Assembly (NCBI GenBank): GCA_043228905.1
Contig: JBHGNT010000017.1
Coordinates: 6,882,001 to 6,946,000, forward strand
DNA from: Azolla caroliniana
Lineage: Eukaryota; Plantae; Polypodiophyta
Direction: 5' to 3'
DNA length: 64,000 bases
A model generated the notes under the pieces. It did no database searches. It was given only the letters and a program-made list of their open reading frames with translations, and was not told the origin of the DNA. Shown piece by piece: positions 36,483 through 51,300 of the stretch (position 1 is the first letter of the stretch; each line of letters opens with the position of its first letter). The translations under genes were made by a program, and so were the position numbers.

Positions 36483-36689
36483 ATAAGTCGCCCCGGAGGC
36501 CGTTACATCAAAACATATCAAGTTTATTATCTGTCCCTTCAGACAGAGATACGCTTTGATTTCCTAGCTAATAAATATGTCATACCTAGTATATTTACAT
36601 CAGTCGTCCTATTCCTAGTTATGTACAATGTATCAATTCGCGCAAACTCGTGAAAGGGAGGGTTCATGCCTATAATTCCTTGATTCCTC

Positions 36690-39600
36690 TTAGGGCCGGT
36701 TTTCTTGACGACAACGGTGTACCTTATGCACACCGAGATATGCCGGGAAGAAGTGAACGTAGCATCCGACAATGCCGGTGACCTGTGGCACAAGAGACAG
36801 TGGGATGAAAAGACTTTCCGAAGATAACCTCATTCTGGAGGTGAAAGATGTACATTTTGACAAGTGCAGTGATTGCTTGGCCAGCAAGCAAACCGAACCT
36901 CCTTCCAGTCAAGACCACCGATGAGACGGAATGCACCAGTCAAGTTAGTGCATACCGATGTGTGTCAAGTGGACACGAAGGCACATGCCCGATCGCAGTA
37001 CTTTGTGACATTCATGGACGACCACAATTGGAAGCTGTGGGTCTCACTATTGAAGACTGTTGAGCGGCAAACTCAACCGGATCTGGATCGGCATCCAAAA
37101 GGGTGAGCCGGTGAGCTGGGGAGCCAGTTAGCTGGATCAAGCAGTAACCGGAAGCCAAGTAGCAACTAGTCTACTAGGGAGTTAATATCTCGTAGTTAGT
37201 TTTAGACGCTCGTGTGAGCATTGAAGTACACCGTACTTCTGTCAGTCCGGATGGACTTCTATAAAAGTGTTCACTGAACATATACGATGTACAGACTGAG
37301 TAGTATTTTTGAATTGAGTTTTTGTGTGCTCTGTCTCTGTCTCTGTCTCTCCCGCGTACTGTTACCCAATCGTGCATATCGGTGAAGTCCCTTTGAGCCA
37401 CGTCGGATAGAGGGGGAAGCTGATGAACGTATTACACGTTCCGACTATCACAAAGAACCTTGGGTGCTTCATCGAGGAGGAGGGCCAGATTATTGCGCAA
37501 GGGCGCAGAGACGGGGGATTTTCAACCTCGACACCAATGACGTCGGCACCGCTTTGTTCGCCAAAGGACAAAAGATTGAATCGGACATCGATCTCTGGCG
37601 CAAGAGGATCGGCCACGTCAATTACCGGAGGCTTCAAGACCTGCAAAGGAAACAAGTTGTTTTCAGTTTGCCGAAGTTCAATGGCCGGAAGGCCCAAGTA
37701 TGTGAAGCTTGCCAACTCGGGAAGCAACACCGGCTTCCATTCTCCACCGAACGAAACCGTAGTCATAACAAGCTCGACCTTATTCATTTGGATGTATGGG
37801 GACCGACACAGAACGCGAGTCTTGACGGGAGTCGATACTTTGTCTCCTTCATCGATGACTATAGCCGACACACATGGATCTACCTCATTGAGTGGAAGAG
37901 CGAAGTCTTCGACTGTTTCCGGAACCTCCGAAGCATGGTGGAATGGGAATCAGAGAGGAAGATCAAGTGCCTGCGGTCAGATGGCGGAAAAGAATATTTT
38001 TCCAGCCAATTCAAGAGTTATCTGCAGCAAACAAGAATTCGGAGAGAGTTCAGCTGCAGATACACACTAGAGCAAAATGGTGTGGCCGAAAGGAAGAATC
38101 AGTCGCTTGTCGACGCGACAAGGGCAATGTTGGAAGAAAAGAGCATGCCCCATTTCTACTGGGCGGAGGCGGTCTGGACGAACATCTACATCCAAAACCG
38201 AATCAGTGACAAGGTGTCCGTGCATGAGCTTTATTTTGGGTGCAAGCCGAATTTGAGACACCTTCGGATTTTTGGCAGCATAGCATATGTGCATGTGCCG
38301 GATGAGAAGCGGAGGAAGCTGGATGCAAAATCGGAGAAGTGGATCCTCGTCAGCTACTCACATGAGCAAAAGGGGTATAAGTGTTATAACCCCCAGGCGA
38401 AGTAGGTCCGAGTTAGCCGCGATGTTGAGTTTGATGAGATGGCATCATGGTATGCCTTATTGGCTCTGACTTCCGACCCCGACCTGATATCGGAGGATGA
38501 GGCTAGTGAGCCTAAACCAGTCCAGATAGAAGATGATGAATCCGGGACTCAAGAAGAGAGTCCGGAATCGTTAGGGTTGATTGGGCCGAACAAGAGACTG
38601 GGTCAATTTGACCAGTCAAAAGAGGAACCGGCGAGTAGTGAAGACTCTGTCGTGCTCTCCCTGCGCAAGGAACCGAGGAGACGGTTCACGTGGAAAGAGA
38701 AGGGGAAGAAGAAGATGCCGGATTATGAAACCGGTAATGATGAGTCGGATCAGAGCGGATCCGACTCTGGAAAGGAAAATGACGGCTCTTCGGCACCGAA
38801 GACCGAACCGGCCAAGAAGGGCCTCAAACTGGGTAACGGTGGGTTACGCCGGTCAACCTGCCAGAAGGAACCTATTAAGAGGTACGGGTACAATGAGTAC
38901 ATGGCGCATCACTATGCGTACATGACCCAGGTGGTGGAAGTGCGTGAGCCGGAGAGCTACGCAGAAGTGGCAAGGGATTGAAATTGGTGTGCCGCTATGG
39001 AGGACGAGATGCAGACACTTGATGCCAACGATATATGGGACCTGGTTGACCCTCCCCGTCACAATAAACCGGTCGGATGCAAGTGGGTGTACAAGGTAAA
39101 GTACAACGCCGACGGTTCGATTAACCGGTACAAGGCCTGGTTAGTGGCAAAGGGATACGCACAGACCCACGGAATCGACTACGACGAGACCTTCGCTCCA
39201 GTAGCGAAGATAACGATGGTTCGTGTGGTGTTGGCGGTTGTTGTGGCAAGGGAGTGGCATCTTCACTAGATGGACATGAAGAATGCATTTCTTCAAGGCG
39301 ATCTAGAAGAAGAGGTCTTTATGACCCAACCTCTCGGTTTTCGGTCGGAGATGAACAAGTTGGTTGTATGCCGGCTGAACAAGTCACTTTATGGCCTAAA
39401 GCAAGCCCCCCGAGCTTGGAATGCAAAGATTACACATCGGTTGTGTAAGTTGGGGTTTGCGGCCTCCAAGTTCGACTCTTCGTTGTTCATCCGGCAAGGT
39501 CCGGACGGTCCGGTTTGCATCTTGTTGTATGTTGATGATCTAGACTTCATCACCGGACCCGGACTCGATGAAATCAGTCGAGTCAAGTCCCTGCGGTCAG

Positions 39601-42600
39601 ACGCATTTGAGATGAAGGACTTGGGGGACCTTCACTATTTCCTTGGGATCGAGGTGATCTGAACCCCCGATAGCATATTGCTCTCACAAAGACACTATGT
39701 GTTGAATATGTTGTACAAGTTTGGCATGACGAAATGCCGCCCTATTTTTACACCCTTGGACCGGAAACAGAAGCTCTGTCCCAACTCTAGACCAGCCTGC
39801 GATGAGAAACGGTTTCGACAAATTGTCGGAAGCCTTATATATTTGACCATCACTCGACCCACCATCAGCTATCTGGTCGGTGTGATTAGTCAATTCATGT
39901 AGAAGCTGACCATTGAGCAACTTCAGTGCGCGCACCGAATACTGCGGTATGTGAGCGGCACGAAGGACCGGGGATTGTTATATCAGTGAGGTATGACCGA
40001 AGAGCTAGTCGGCTACACAGATGCTGACTGGGCCGGCGATGCATCAGATCGTCGTTCCACTTCCGGCTATATGTTTTCCCTTGGTAGTGTGGCCGTTGCG
40101 TGGAGCAAGAAAAAGCAGCCAACAGTGGCTCTGTCGAGCACTGAGGCTGAATATCGGGGCGCTACCGTTGCCACTTGTGAAGCCATTTGGCTTCGGCGAC
40201 TGCTGCAAGACCTGCGGATCGAGGTGTCGACCCCAATCCTAATCTACTGTGACAACATAAGCATCATGTAGCTCGCCAAGAACCCCGTATTCCATGCTCG
40301 CACAAAGCACATCGAAGTGCACTACCACTTCGTGTGTGAGCGTGTCCTGAGTGGTGAAGTCGAACTTCAATATGTTCATACGGATCGGCAAGTTGCCGAC
40401 ATCTTCACCAAACCACTCGGATCGGACAAGTTGCAGCACTTCACCAAAATGCTTGGTGTTCAGCATCTCGACGTGCCACACTTGAGGGGGAGAATGGGCA
40501 AAGACACCAACGGAACGGGCAAAGGCAAAGAGACTGCCGATTGCGCTAGTGGGGGAAGAACCGACAAGGGGAGAGATAGGAAGAAGAAAGGAGCCAAGTC
40601 GACAAAGGAAGTTGACACATCCGAACAAGTCGGAACAAGCGGCAGCGGAGGCAGAGTCAAGAAGGATAGAGCCGACCGGAAGAAGAAGGCCAAGACCCGA
40701 ACATGGTCCGATGTGGTGAAGGGCCTGGAACGAGAAGACGAATCAGGAGCAACCGATTCGGACAAGAGTTGGAACGAATCGGAGACTGCCGATTTGGTTC
40801 TACAGAAGGATTCGGAAAAACTAAATCAATTCAAGGCCAAGAGGACAAGAAGGCAGCAAAAGTCGACGCCAACACGAAGGGATCAACGAATCGGCAAAAA
40901 CCAAAGTCACAACAACGAGGGAGCTGAATTGGGCCTATTGAGCAGACAGGCCGACCAAGGAAGTCGAGGTACGCAGGAACAGAAGGGTCGTGGCAAATAG
41001 GACCAGACTGGACGAGGAGCACGAGCGAGGCGGAGTGACGCCAGAAGGAGCCAGGTGGAAGGATCGGCTGCCATAAAGACTAACACTACGATCCGACCTC
41101 AAATTAAGCTTGAGGGGGAGTGTTGAGCGGCAAGCTCAACCGTATCCGGATCGGCATCCAGAAGGGTGAGCCGGTGAGCAAGTGAGTTGGTGAGTTGGGG
41201 AGCCGGTTAGCTGGATCAAGCAGTAACCGGAAGCCAAGTAGCAGCTAGTCTACTAGGGAGTTAATATCTCGTAGTTAGTGTCAGACGCTCGTGTGAGCAT
41301 TGAAGTACACCGTACTTCTGTCAGTCCGGATGGACTTCTATAAAAGTGTTCATTGAACACATACGATGTACAGACTTAGTAGTATTTTTTAATTGAGTTT
41401 CTGTGTGCTCTCTCTATGTCTCTGTCTCTCCCGCGTACTGTTAAGCTCTCCATTAAACCTGTTTTCGGCTTTCTGTTTTCTATTGCTTCCGCACGTTATT
41501 TGTTTCTACAAAGACGAAGGATCAAGTGTAGTCCGTCTTCAAGGAACACCACGCGAGAGTGGAAAGCAAAATCGGCCGGAAGCTAAAGGCAGTTCGAGCA
41601 GATAATGGAGGTGAATACCGGGGGCAGTTCGAGGAGTACTGCCGGTTGAAGGGAATCCGGCTCGAATTCACCATGTCGAAGACGCCGAAATTGAATGGGC
41701 TAGCTGAACGGATGAACCGGACCATAATGGAGAGAGTCCGAAGCATGCTAGCACATGCAAAGTTATCCAAGATGTTTTGGGTTAAGGCGTTGATGACGGC
41801 AACGTTCGTGATTAACAGATCATCCTCAGCACCCTTGGAAGGAGACACACCATAGAGAGTATGGACCGGCATCTGAAGGTATTCGGTTGTCTTGCTTATG
41901 TGCATGTTGTAAAGGATAAGAGAGCAATGTTGGATCCGAAGTCCTGGCCATGCATATTCCTTGGATACGACGATGATGAGTTTGGATACCAAGTGTGGGA
42001 CTTGGTCAACTAGAAGGTGTTCCGGAGTCGAGACATAGTCTTCATGGAAGACAAGACTATTGCCGACTGCAAGTTGAAGAAGAAAATAGCGGTCTCCAGA
42101 TCGACTGACAGGATCCATCTGGCAGGAAGTAGGATAACACTCAAAGAACCGGCCGGAGTCGAATGAGATCTTTGCCCCGGTAATAAAGTTGACATAAATC
42201 CGGATAGTGTTGAGCATAGCGGCAAGCATGGACCTCGAGGTAGAGCAACTGAACGTCAAGATGGCATTCCTACATGGCAACCTCGAAGAAGAGATCTACA
42301 TGTAGCAATTGGAAGGATTTGAGAAGAAAGGGAAGGAGCACCTGGTGTGCCGGTTGAAGAAGAGCTTATACGGACTGAAGCAAGCTCCCCGACAATGGTA
42401 CCGGAAGTTCGACTCCTTCATGATCGACCAAGGTACCACAAGACGCAAGCCGACCATTGCGTGTTCGTGAAGAAATTTGATGGAGGTGACTTCCAGATTC
42501 TCCTACTGTATGTAGATGACATGTTGATCGTGGGACCAGACCGAACCAAAATCGGAAATTTGAAGAAGGCTTTGAACTAGACCTTCTCAATGAAAGATTT

Positions 42601-44029
42601 GGGTTCAGCGAGACAGATATTGAGGATGCATATAATCTGGGACCGGTCGAAGATATTGCTATGGCTGTCACAAGAGAAGTACGTGACAAAGGTGGTTATA
42701 CGGTTCAACATGTCGGATGCGAAGCAGGTTAGGTCAACACTTTTGGCAAACTGCAAGTTGTCCGAAAAGCAAAGTCTGAAGACAAAGGCAGAGAAGTCGG
42801 ATATGATGAAGATACCATATGCCTCTGCCGTCGGAAGCTTGATGTACGCGATGGTGTGCACCCGACCAAATATCGGATACGCAGTCGGAGTGATCAACCG
42901 ATTCATGAGCAATCCGGGAAGAGAACACTAGCACGCGGTCAAGTGGATACTTTGGTACTTGAAAGGGACCTCGAGTATGTGCCTCCGGTTTGGCTTAGGT
43001 AAACCCCCACTGGAAGGCATTACGGATTCAGATATGTCGGCTGATGCAGATACCAGCCGGTCCACATCCGGACACGTCATGACATATGCAGGGGGAGCCG
43101 TATCGTGGCAATCGAAGCTACACAAGTCCATTGCATTGTCAACAACAGAAGCGGAGTACATGGTAGTTGTGGAAGCCAGCAAGGAAGTAATCTGGATGAA
43201 GGACTTCATCGGAGAGCTAGGGATCCGACAGAAGGAATACTGGCTCTACTACAATAGCCAAAGTGACATGCACCTTGCTTAGAATGTGGCCTACCATTCC
43301 CGGACCAAGCACATCCAAAGAAGATATCACTGGCTCCGGGAGAACTTCGCACTGACAAAGATCCACACGGAGGAGAACGGGTCGAATATGCTCATCAAGG
43401 TTTTGTCAGCCGACAAATTGGGCACGTTCCGGGGATAGATCGGACTAACGAGAAATCCCATGCCAGAGTGAAGGGGGATTTTGTTGGGAATTCGGTCCCT
43501 CCGGATGGGATCCAGATGACATCCGTAGTAGCCAGATCGGACGAGTTAAAGGAATGAACCGGACCGGATGCAGCAACCAGACCGGACCGGAAGGTATCCG
43601 GTGTGAACCAGATCTAGGGACATATCTGCAAATATGTTTCTGGTGTGCCTATAAAGGCTTTATCTGTGAATAGCCCTAACATCACATAAGTATAAATATG
43701 AGTTAGGGCAATCATTGTGGTTGTTGTTGTTGTTAGTTGTATTATAATTGTACAGAGAGAGAGAGAGAAGAGAAGCCGCCGATTGGCGAAGATATAGAGC
43801 ACGAGGTCGTTGTCTCTGAGTCTCTTGTTGTACCTCCTTTCTCATATATAGATAGTTGGAGTCTATGGGCTCTCGTGGTTTTTCCCTCTTAGGGTTTTCC
43901 ACGTAAACATCATGTGTCGTCTCTTCTCTGTAAGTGTATGAACCTTCATTTCTATTTTGTTCTGTCATAAAGTGTTTGATTCTCGGTTGTGGTTGAGCGC
44001 TATTCCGCACACTTTCAATATTGTTGACA
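36690..44029 (+). mobile_element. Ty1/copia element C (5'-truncated; integrase, RT, RNase H, 3' LTR 43482-44029), interrupted by element D
   Basis: DLWHKR, VHTDVC, RADNGGEYRGQF, LLYVDDML, IALSTTEAEY; PPT gtgaagggggatt at 43468; LTR is in the 2575 family; internal deletion at ~42160. Confidence 0.87.
37058..41510 (+). mobile_element. Ty1/copia element D, TSD AAGAC; gag and PBS deleted
   Basis: 5' LTR 37058-~37364 (truncated), 3' LTR 41121-41510, PPT 41111-41120; integrase ORF 37464-38405, RT (LLYVDDL), RNase H; TSD at 37053-37057 and 41511-41515. Confidence 0.93.
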
Positions 44030-45379
44030 GTTCTTCTGGAAGTACCCCAGCTTCCCACAATAGAATCACTTGACCCTTCCCTTCAACTTCGACCTCGGTC
44101 TGAACCTGTGCTTGTTCTGGGGACTTCTCTTCCTACTCCTTCCTCGGTTGGAGTCACCTTTTGTGACTAGGGCCTTATGGTCAAAGATGGACTCTCTATC
44201 CTTTCGGCAAGCTTCTTCATTTAGCAAGCTTGACTTCAACATCTCTAGGGATAAGTGTTTCCCTTCTAGTCAGGCATTGTCCACTGTGATAACGAGCGTC
44301 TCACAGTTGTCGGAAGGGATCCCAACAACAACAATGCTAATACCTCATCGGGAAGAGGTACTTCAATAGAGGTGGTCTGGTTGATTAGTCTTTGGAAGGC
44401 ATTCAGGTGCTCAGCCATGCTTGAGCCATCTTGATACCTCAGTCTCACTATCTTTCTGAATACTGAGACTCTGGTTACGACATATCTTCTTCCATAAGAC
44501 TTCAACATATGTCTCCTCGTTGAAGTTGTTGTATAGAATCATGTCTATAAAACACCTTCTGTATGCAGCTGCCTTCAGATGCATGACTTCCCAAGTCGTT
44601 GCATTGATCTTGTCAAGCTTAGTCTTACTGTATTGCATTGGCAACCATAAGTCTTTGCATATTAGCATATCCCGCATCTTCGACTTCCACACTGAGTAGT
44701 TGGAGCCGGTTAACTTGAACATTGCACCGAATGAGTCTTCCATTTTCTTTCTTTGCTTGAAGGTTATGAAACTCGCTCTGATACTAGTCTGAATAGAACA
44801 AGGTCAGCCACAACCGATTATCACTCACAAGTGGAAATGAAAGAATAGAAAACGAATACACAAACATGAGGACACATGATGTTTATGTGGAAAACCTTGA
44901 AAGGGAAAAACCACGGGAGCCCATAGACTCCGAACTGTTACACTATATATGAGAGGATACAAGGAGACTCGTAGGCAACAACCTCAAGCTCCTCTTTGTC
45001 TAATAGACGGTTACAATAGAGTTACTTCTAACTCTCACACACTCCCTCTCTAGTTACAAAGACCACTACTCACTATAACGTTTTCACAACAATGATCATC
45101 CTTACCTGACTACTTGCCCTAAATATATTTATACTCATATACACAATATGATCTATTTACAAATACAACCCACCAAGGTCACATTGAGGCTATTTTAAAT
45201 TATAGCCGCAAGTCAACTTCGACCAATTCGGCTATTAGCCGAATCGAGTATTACTCGATTTTCAACCTTGACCGAATCGGGAATCAATCAATTTTTCGGC
45301 CTCGTACGAGTCACTATCGACCGATTCAGCTTACTCTTCTCTCCGACTCGCGCTCTCCTTCCCATCCAGAGAGACCTAT

Positions 45380-48300
45380 TGTAGCGTAAGTGTATGCAGA
45401 AACATATGAAGATCTGTCTTCGTCCGTACTCAGAAAACAACACAGAAAGAGAAGCAAAGATATACACAGATTGAAGCTTTAATGGAAGCTCTATTACATT
45501 CTTTGTCTCACTCTCTCAGAGACTCGATATCCAATACATGGTCAAGAAGATTTTTTTTTACAACGTTAGGTTATTGCTTATATACTAAGCCCTAACTATG
45601 TGGACGAGTTCACACTAGGATACAAAGTGGAGGGAGTCGGCCTTTTATGCCAACAAACTCCCCCATAAAAGGACTAGTCTTTCCTACATGTACATGTGTT
45701 TGGGGTTGTCTCCCCTGCAAACTTAGATTACAACACTAATCTAGATTTATGTTACAAGTTGGTCGGCATATAGTCGAGTCGGCATAGGTGAGGTCTATGT
45801 CGAGCCTAGCATGGCTCATTATCATGATTGATTCAGTCGACTCTTACCTTCTGCTCCTCGTTTGACTTTCTTCTGCTCAGTTACTTATCGAAGTCCCATC
45901 TTTGTCCTTAGTGCTCCGAAGCATTGATCTGGGAGTGGCTTTGTCAGGCAATCGGCAATGTTCACCTCGGTGTCGATCATCCGGACTTCGAGCTTCTTCT
46001 TAGTTGTGAGCTCCTGAATGTGATGATAACGTACCTCAATATGTTTCATCTTTGCATGATAGACGGGATTGTTGATGAGGTGTATTGCGCTCTGTGAGTC
46101 AGAATAGATGGTTGGCGCAGGTCGATTGGTTTGGCTTATAGTTGAGAAGTCGGCAAACAGTCAATGCAGCCAGAACGCTTCCTTCGCTGCCTCTAATGCT
46201 GCTATATACTCGGCTTCTATGGTCGATAGAGCCTTGCACTCTTGAAGTTTTGACCTCCATGATATCGCACCGCCACCATAGGTGATGATGTAACCTGATG
46301 TCAATTTCCGATTGTCCGTATTCCCGGCATAGTCGGACTCGGTGTAGCGTTCGACTTTGGCTGAGGTTGTCAGTCCGAAAGTCAGTTGTGTATCTTCGGT
46401 CCCTCGCAGGTACTTAAAGATGTGCTTGACGGCCTCCCATGCTTCCGTCCCGGGTTTGACATGTACTGGCTAACCACTCCCACAACATAGGCTAGGTCAG
46501 GTCGGGTCGCCACCATTGCGTACATGATACTTCCTACGGCCGATGCGTAGGGCATCTTTCCATTAAGCTCTCTCTCCTTTTCCGTTGAAGGAGAGCCTCT
46601 GTAAGATAATTGGATCGATGTCGGAAGCGGTGTTGGTGCCGGCTTCGCATTCTCCATATTGAAGCGCTTCAGCACCTTCCGGATATAGTCAGACTGGGAG
46701 AGTCAGAGACTCTTGGTCATCCGATTTCGCTCGATCCTCATGTCTAGTATTTGACGGGCTTGTTCGAGTTCCTTCATCGCGAACTTGTCGTGAAGGCTCC
46801 GCTTCAGCTTTCCGATCTCTGCAATCAGAATGTCGTCAATGGATAGGATCAGATAAATCCTAGACTCGTCGGCCAGTTGCCGAATATACATGCATGGGTT
46901 AGAGTCGGATCGACGGTATCCAAGTTGCCTGATGTAGGAGTCAAACTTCTAGTAACACATCCTCGACGATTGTTTCAAGCCATATAGACTTTTCTTTAAC
47001 CGACATATGAGGTGACTGCCCTCCCTCGTCGTCCTGAAGCCTGCCAGTTGAGACATGTAGATGTCTTCTTCCAGATCTCCGTGTAGGAATGTCGTCTTTA
47101 CATCCAGCTCCTTTAGCTCTAGGTCTCCTATCTCCACAACTCCTAGTAAGAGTCGGAGGGTGGCCATCTTGACTACTAGTGAGAATATCTCGTCGTAGTC
47201 GACCCCGTATTCTTATTTGAATCCCTTCGCGACGAGTCGAGATTTGTACTTGGGTTTTTCTAAGTCGGATACATATTTGTATCGGAAAACCCATTTGCAG
47301 GGTAGCGGCTTCCTTCCAGCTGGTAGTTCAACCAGCTCCCATGTCTATTTCTTGTGAATCAAGTCCATTTCAGATTTCATGGCTTGTAGCCTTGTGTCAG
47401 CGTCCGTTGCGTCCATAGCTTCTTCATAAGTGATTGGTTTGCATGCATTGGTGTAGTTGACATAGTCGAGGCCTGGTTGAAAAAACTCTATTGGACTTCG
47501 AGCTCATCCAGATCTCCTAGGTGTCGAGATAAGTGGTTTAGTTTCTTCAATCAACTCGGTTGGGCGATCGATATTTGTTGAGCCATTTGTGTCAAGAGTC
47601 TTGTAAGGTGACCCTCCCCCAAGTCGGGATTTCGGTTGTGTCACGTTGTCCTCTCCTAGGGACTTTGTTGACTCGATTCTATTTCCTACTCACATCTTGT
47701 TGACTTTGCCTGCTTCGACTCTTGTCGAGTCGGCTCTATCCTTGATGGCTTTGTCTTCAAGTTCGATTGTTTGATGAATTTCTAAGTTGGTCTGGTGAGT
47801 CGGTCCTTCTACGACGTCTCTGTCGTCTTGGAAGGATACCTTTTTACCAACTATTTTCTGTTGGTTCCACTGTGAGAAGATAGAGTCTTCATTGAAGACT
47901 GTGTCAATGCTCCAGATCAGTTTCCAATTCTCAAGATCCCATAGCCTGTAGTCGAATTCCCCATCGGTTCCATAACCGAGAAATATGCATTTCATTGCAT
48001 GGGGTGTAAATTTTGTCCTTTTATCCCTGGGGATGAACGCGTAGGCTTTGCATCCGAATATACGGAGCCTATCGTAGGTCGGTTTTTTGCCTAACCATAG
48101 TGCATGTGGCACTTCAAGCCTGATTTCTCTTGACGGCGCTAGATTTATCAGGTATACTATTGTTTGCAATGCTTCTGCCCAGAATTCCAGCTTGAGTCCG
48201 GCTTGTTGAAGCATTGTCGTCACCCTCCCCTAGATCGTTCTGTTGATCAGTTTTGCCACTCCATTTTGCATGGGTGTGTAGGGAGCGGTCTTTTGATGTC

Positions 48301-51300
48301 GGATCCCTTTGTTGGACAAGTACTGTTTGAAGGCTCTAAAGGTGTACTCACCTCCATTGTCGGATCTGAGTATCTTCACTCTGTGTCTCAACTGGTTCTC
48401 CACTTCAGATATCCATCGAGTGAAGACCTCGAGCGCTTCGTCTTTGGACCTGATCAAGTAGGCCCAGACCTTCCGTGTACAGTCATCTAAAAAGCTGATG
48501 AAGTACCAGAAGCCTCCTAGTGAACACTCTGGCATGGGCTCACATATATCTGTGTGCACGAGCTCTAGGGGTTGTCGTACCGCCTCGTAGTGGAGAGTAT
48601 GTGGACTTCAGGATTGTTTCCCATATTGACAATGCTCGTAGAAGTCCACCTTCGCTTGGAGTTTTGGGATGTAGCCTGCTGCCATCAACCAATCAAGTCA
48701 GGCTTGAGACATGTGACCGAGTCGGTCATGCCATAAGTTTGGGTCGGTCTTTTTGGCTAAGTTCACGGCCCCTTCTAGATTGATCACCATTAATGGGTAC
48801 AAGTTGTTGTACTTGTGCCCGCCTCCTATCTTTAGGTTTCCTCGGCTGATCATCCATATCGACTCACTTAGAGTCATTTTGTACTCGTCTTCGGCTAGCA
48901 TGCCGATGGAGACCAGACTCCTTTCAGATCAGGTAGATACCGAACTCGGTGCAGGATTATTGTGTTGCCATTTGGCAATCGGATGAGAACCTCTCCGATC
49001 CCTACAATTTTGCACTCCTGCCCATTGCCTAGACGGACTATGCCACTGGCGTCGGCTGAATAGTCCGAAAACCATTCAATGTGTTGAGAAATCGTTCGGT
49101 CAAATCACAATAAACAAACTGTGCTGAAATACGAATGACAAATATGCCAGAAAACAGGACAACAATGGTGCACAAATATTTAATGTGGAAACCCTAAAAT
49201 GGGAGAAAACCACGGGAACAGAGCTTCACTATGTATAGTGGATATATAACACAGAATGTTACAACACTCCTTCGAGTGTATCATCCATGCAAGGCTCTTG
49301 GCGTCTATTGTTACGCACATAGCTATGGCGCCGCTCTCACTCACTCTCTGTCTCACACACTCTCACACTACTTCTGTTCTACACACATATATGCAACGTT
49401 TTGCCCTAAGTATATTTATACTTATACACTATATAGGCTATATACAATTGTAGCCACTGCGACATATCATTACTATTATTGCTATAATAATAATAGTCGA
49501 CTCTTTGTTTTCGACTCTTCGATTGTTGGCTATTTCCGAAACAGTTGGCTCCTTGTAGTTTTCGACTGTCAGCTACTCCTAGACAGTCAGCTCTTCCTCC
49601 CACTGGAGGGACATATTCCCAACAAACTCCCCCTTCACTCCTATGGGAGGGAATCTGTCAATCCTATCTTCTGTCAACAGACTCTAAGTTTATCTATAGG
49701 TAGGTTCTTCGTGAGCATGTCGGATCCATTATCATCAGTATGGATCTTCACAAGAGAAAACTCTTCTTCTTCGACTCTCTCCCGCAACCAGTGATACCTT
49801 CTCTGTATGTGCTTGGTCCGGGAGTGGTATGCAACATTCTTGCCAAGGTGTATGGTGCTTTGGCTATCACAGTGAAGCAAGAACTCCTTTTGCTTCATCC
49901 CTAATTCGTTGAGAAAATTTCTCATCCAAATTAGCTCTTTTCCGGCCTTTATCGCTGCCATATCCTCTGCCTCTGTAGTCGACAAGGCTACAGACTTCTG
50001 CAGTCATGACTACCATGACATTGCTCCCCCTACATAGGTCATCACGTACCCTGACGTGGATCGACTCGAGTTGACATCTCCCGACATGTCATAATCGGTA
50101 AAACCTTCTAGCAGAGGTTTTTGGACACCATACCTTAGGCACACCCCCGAGGTGCCCTTTAAGTACCTGCGTATCCACTTCACTGCTGCCCAGTGTTCTC
50201 TCCCTAGATTACTCATATATTGGCTTACTGCTCCTACAGCAAATGTTATGTCTGGTCTCGTATAGACCATAACATACATTAGATTGCCGACAGCCGAGGC
50301 ATACGGTACCTTCCTCATCTCAGCCTTCTCCTTCTCCCCTCTCGGGCACTACTTCGCATTTAACCTGTAATTTGTCAGCAACACTGAGCCGATTGGCTTT
50401 GCATCCGACATGTTGAACCTTTCTAAGATCTTCGTCACATACTTTTGTTGTGACAACCATAGCACCCTTTTGGTTCTGTCCCGAACTATGTGCATGCCCA
50501 AGATCTGCTTAGCCGGTCCAAAGTTTTTCATGGCAAATGATTTGCCGAGTGCTTTCTTCAAGCTTCCAATCTTCCTTGTATCTTGACCGAATATCAACAT
50601 GTCATCAACATATAACAAGAAAATAAAGAAGTCTCCTTCTTCGTACCTTTTGACGAACACACAGTGATCGGCTTGTGTTTTTTGGAACCGGTGTTCCATC
50701 ATGAAGGACTCGAACTTCTTGTACCATTGGGGTGGAGCTTGTTTCAGACCGTACAAGTTTTTCTTCAGTCGACACACCAAGTTCTCTTTCCCTTTCTCCT
50801 CAAAGCCTTCGGCTTGCTATATATAGATTTCTTCTTCTAGCTTCCCATGCAGAAATGCGGTTTTGACATCCGACTATTCGATCTCCAGATCCATACTGGC
50901 CGATATGCTCAAAACAGTTCGAATGGATGTCATCTTCACGACTGGTGCAAATATTTCGTCAAAGTCAACACCCTTTTTCTATTGAAAACCCTTCACCACT
51001 ATGCGGGCTTTATACCTGGGCTCAATTTCGGCTTCTCCAGTCTTCACTTTGTAGGCCCATTTATTCTTGAGTGCTCTCTTACCTTTCGGCAGCTCTACCA
51101 GGTTGTAGGTGAAATTCTCGTGCAAGGATTCCAACTCATCTTGCATCGCGCTCAGCCATTTCGCTCTGTGCTCGTCGGCAATGGCTTCTTCATAGCACTC
51201 TAGTTCACCTTCATCAGTCAAGAGGATGTATTGGCTGGCATATGTAGTTGGTGCTTTCCTCTCCCTGAATGGGTATCTTCTTCCACTCGTTGTTGGCTCT

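Noticed and set aside
49231-49794. 187-aa ORF, and similar antisense or low-complexity ORFs such as 25564-26055, 41522-42280 and 61108-61649, as host genes
   Set aside because: They fall in LTRs, antisense to pol, or in microsatellite-rich DNA and show no recognisable domains
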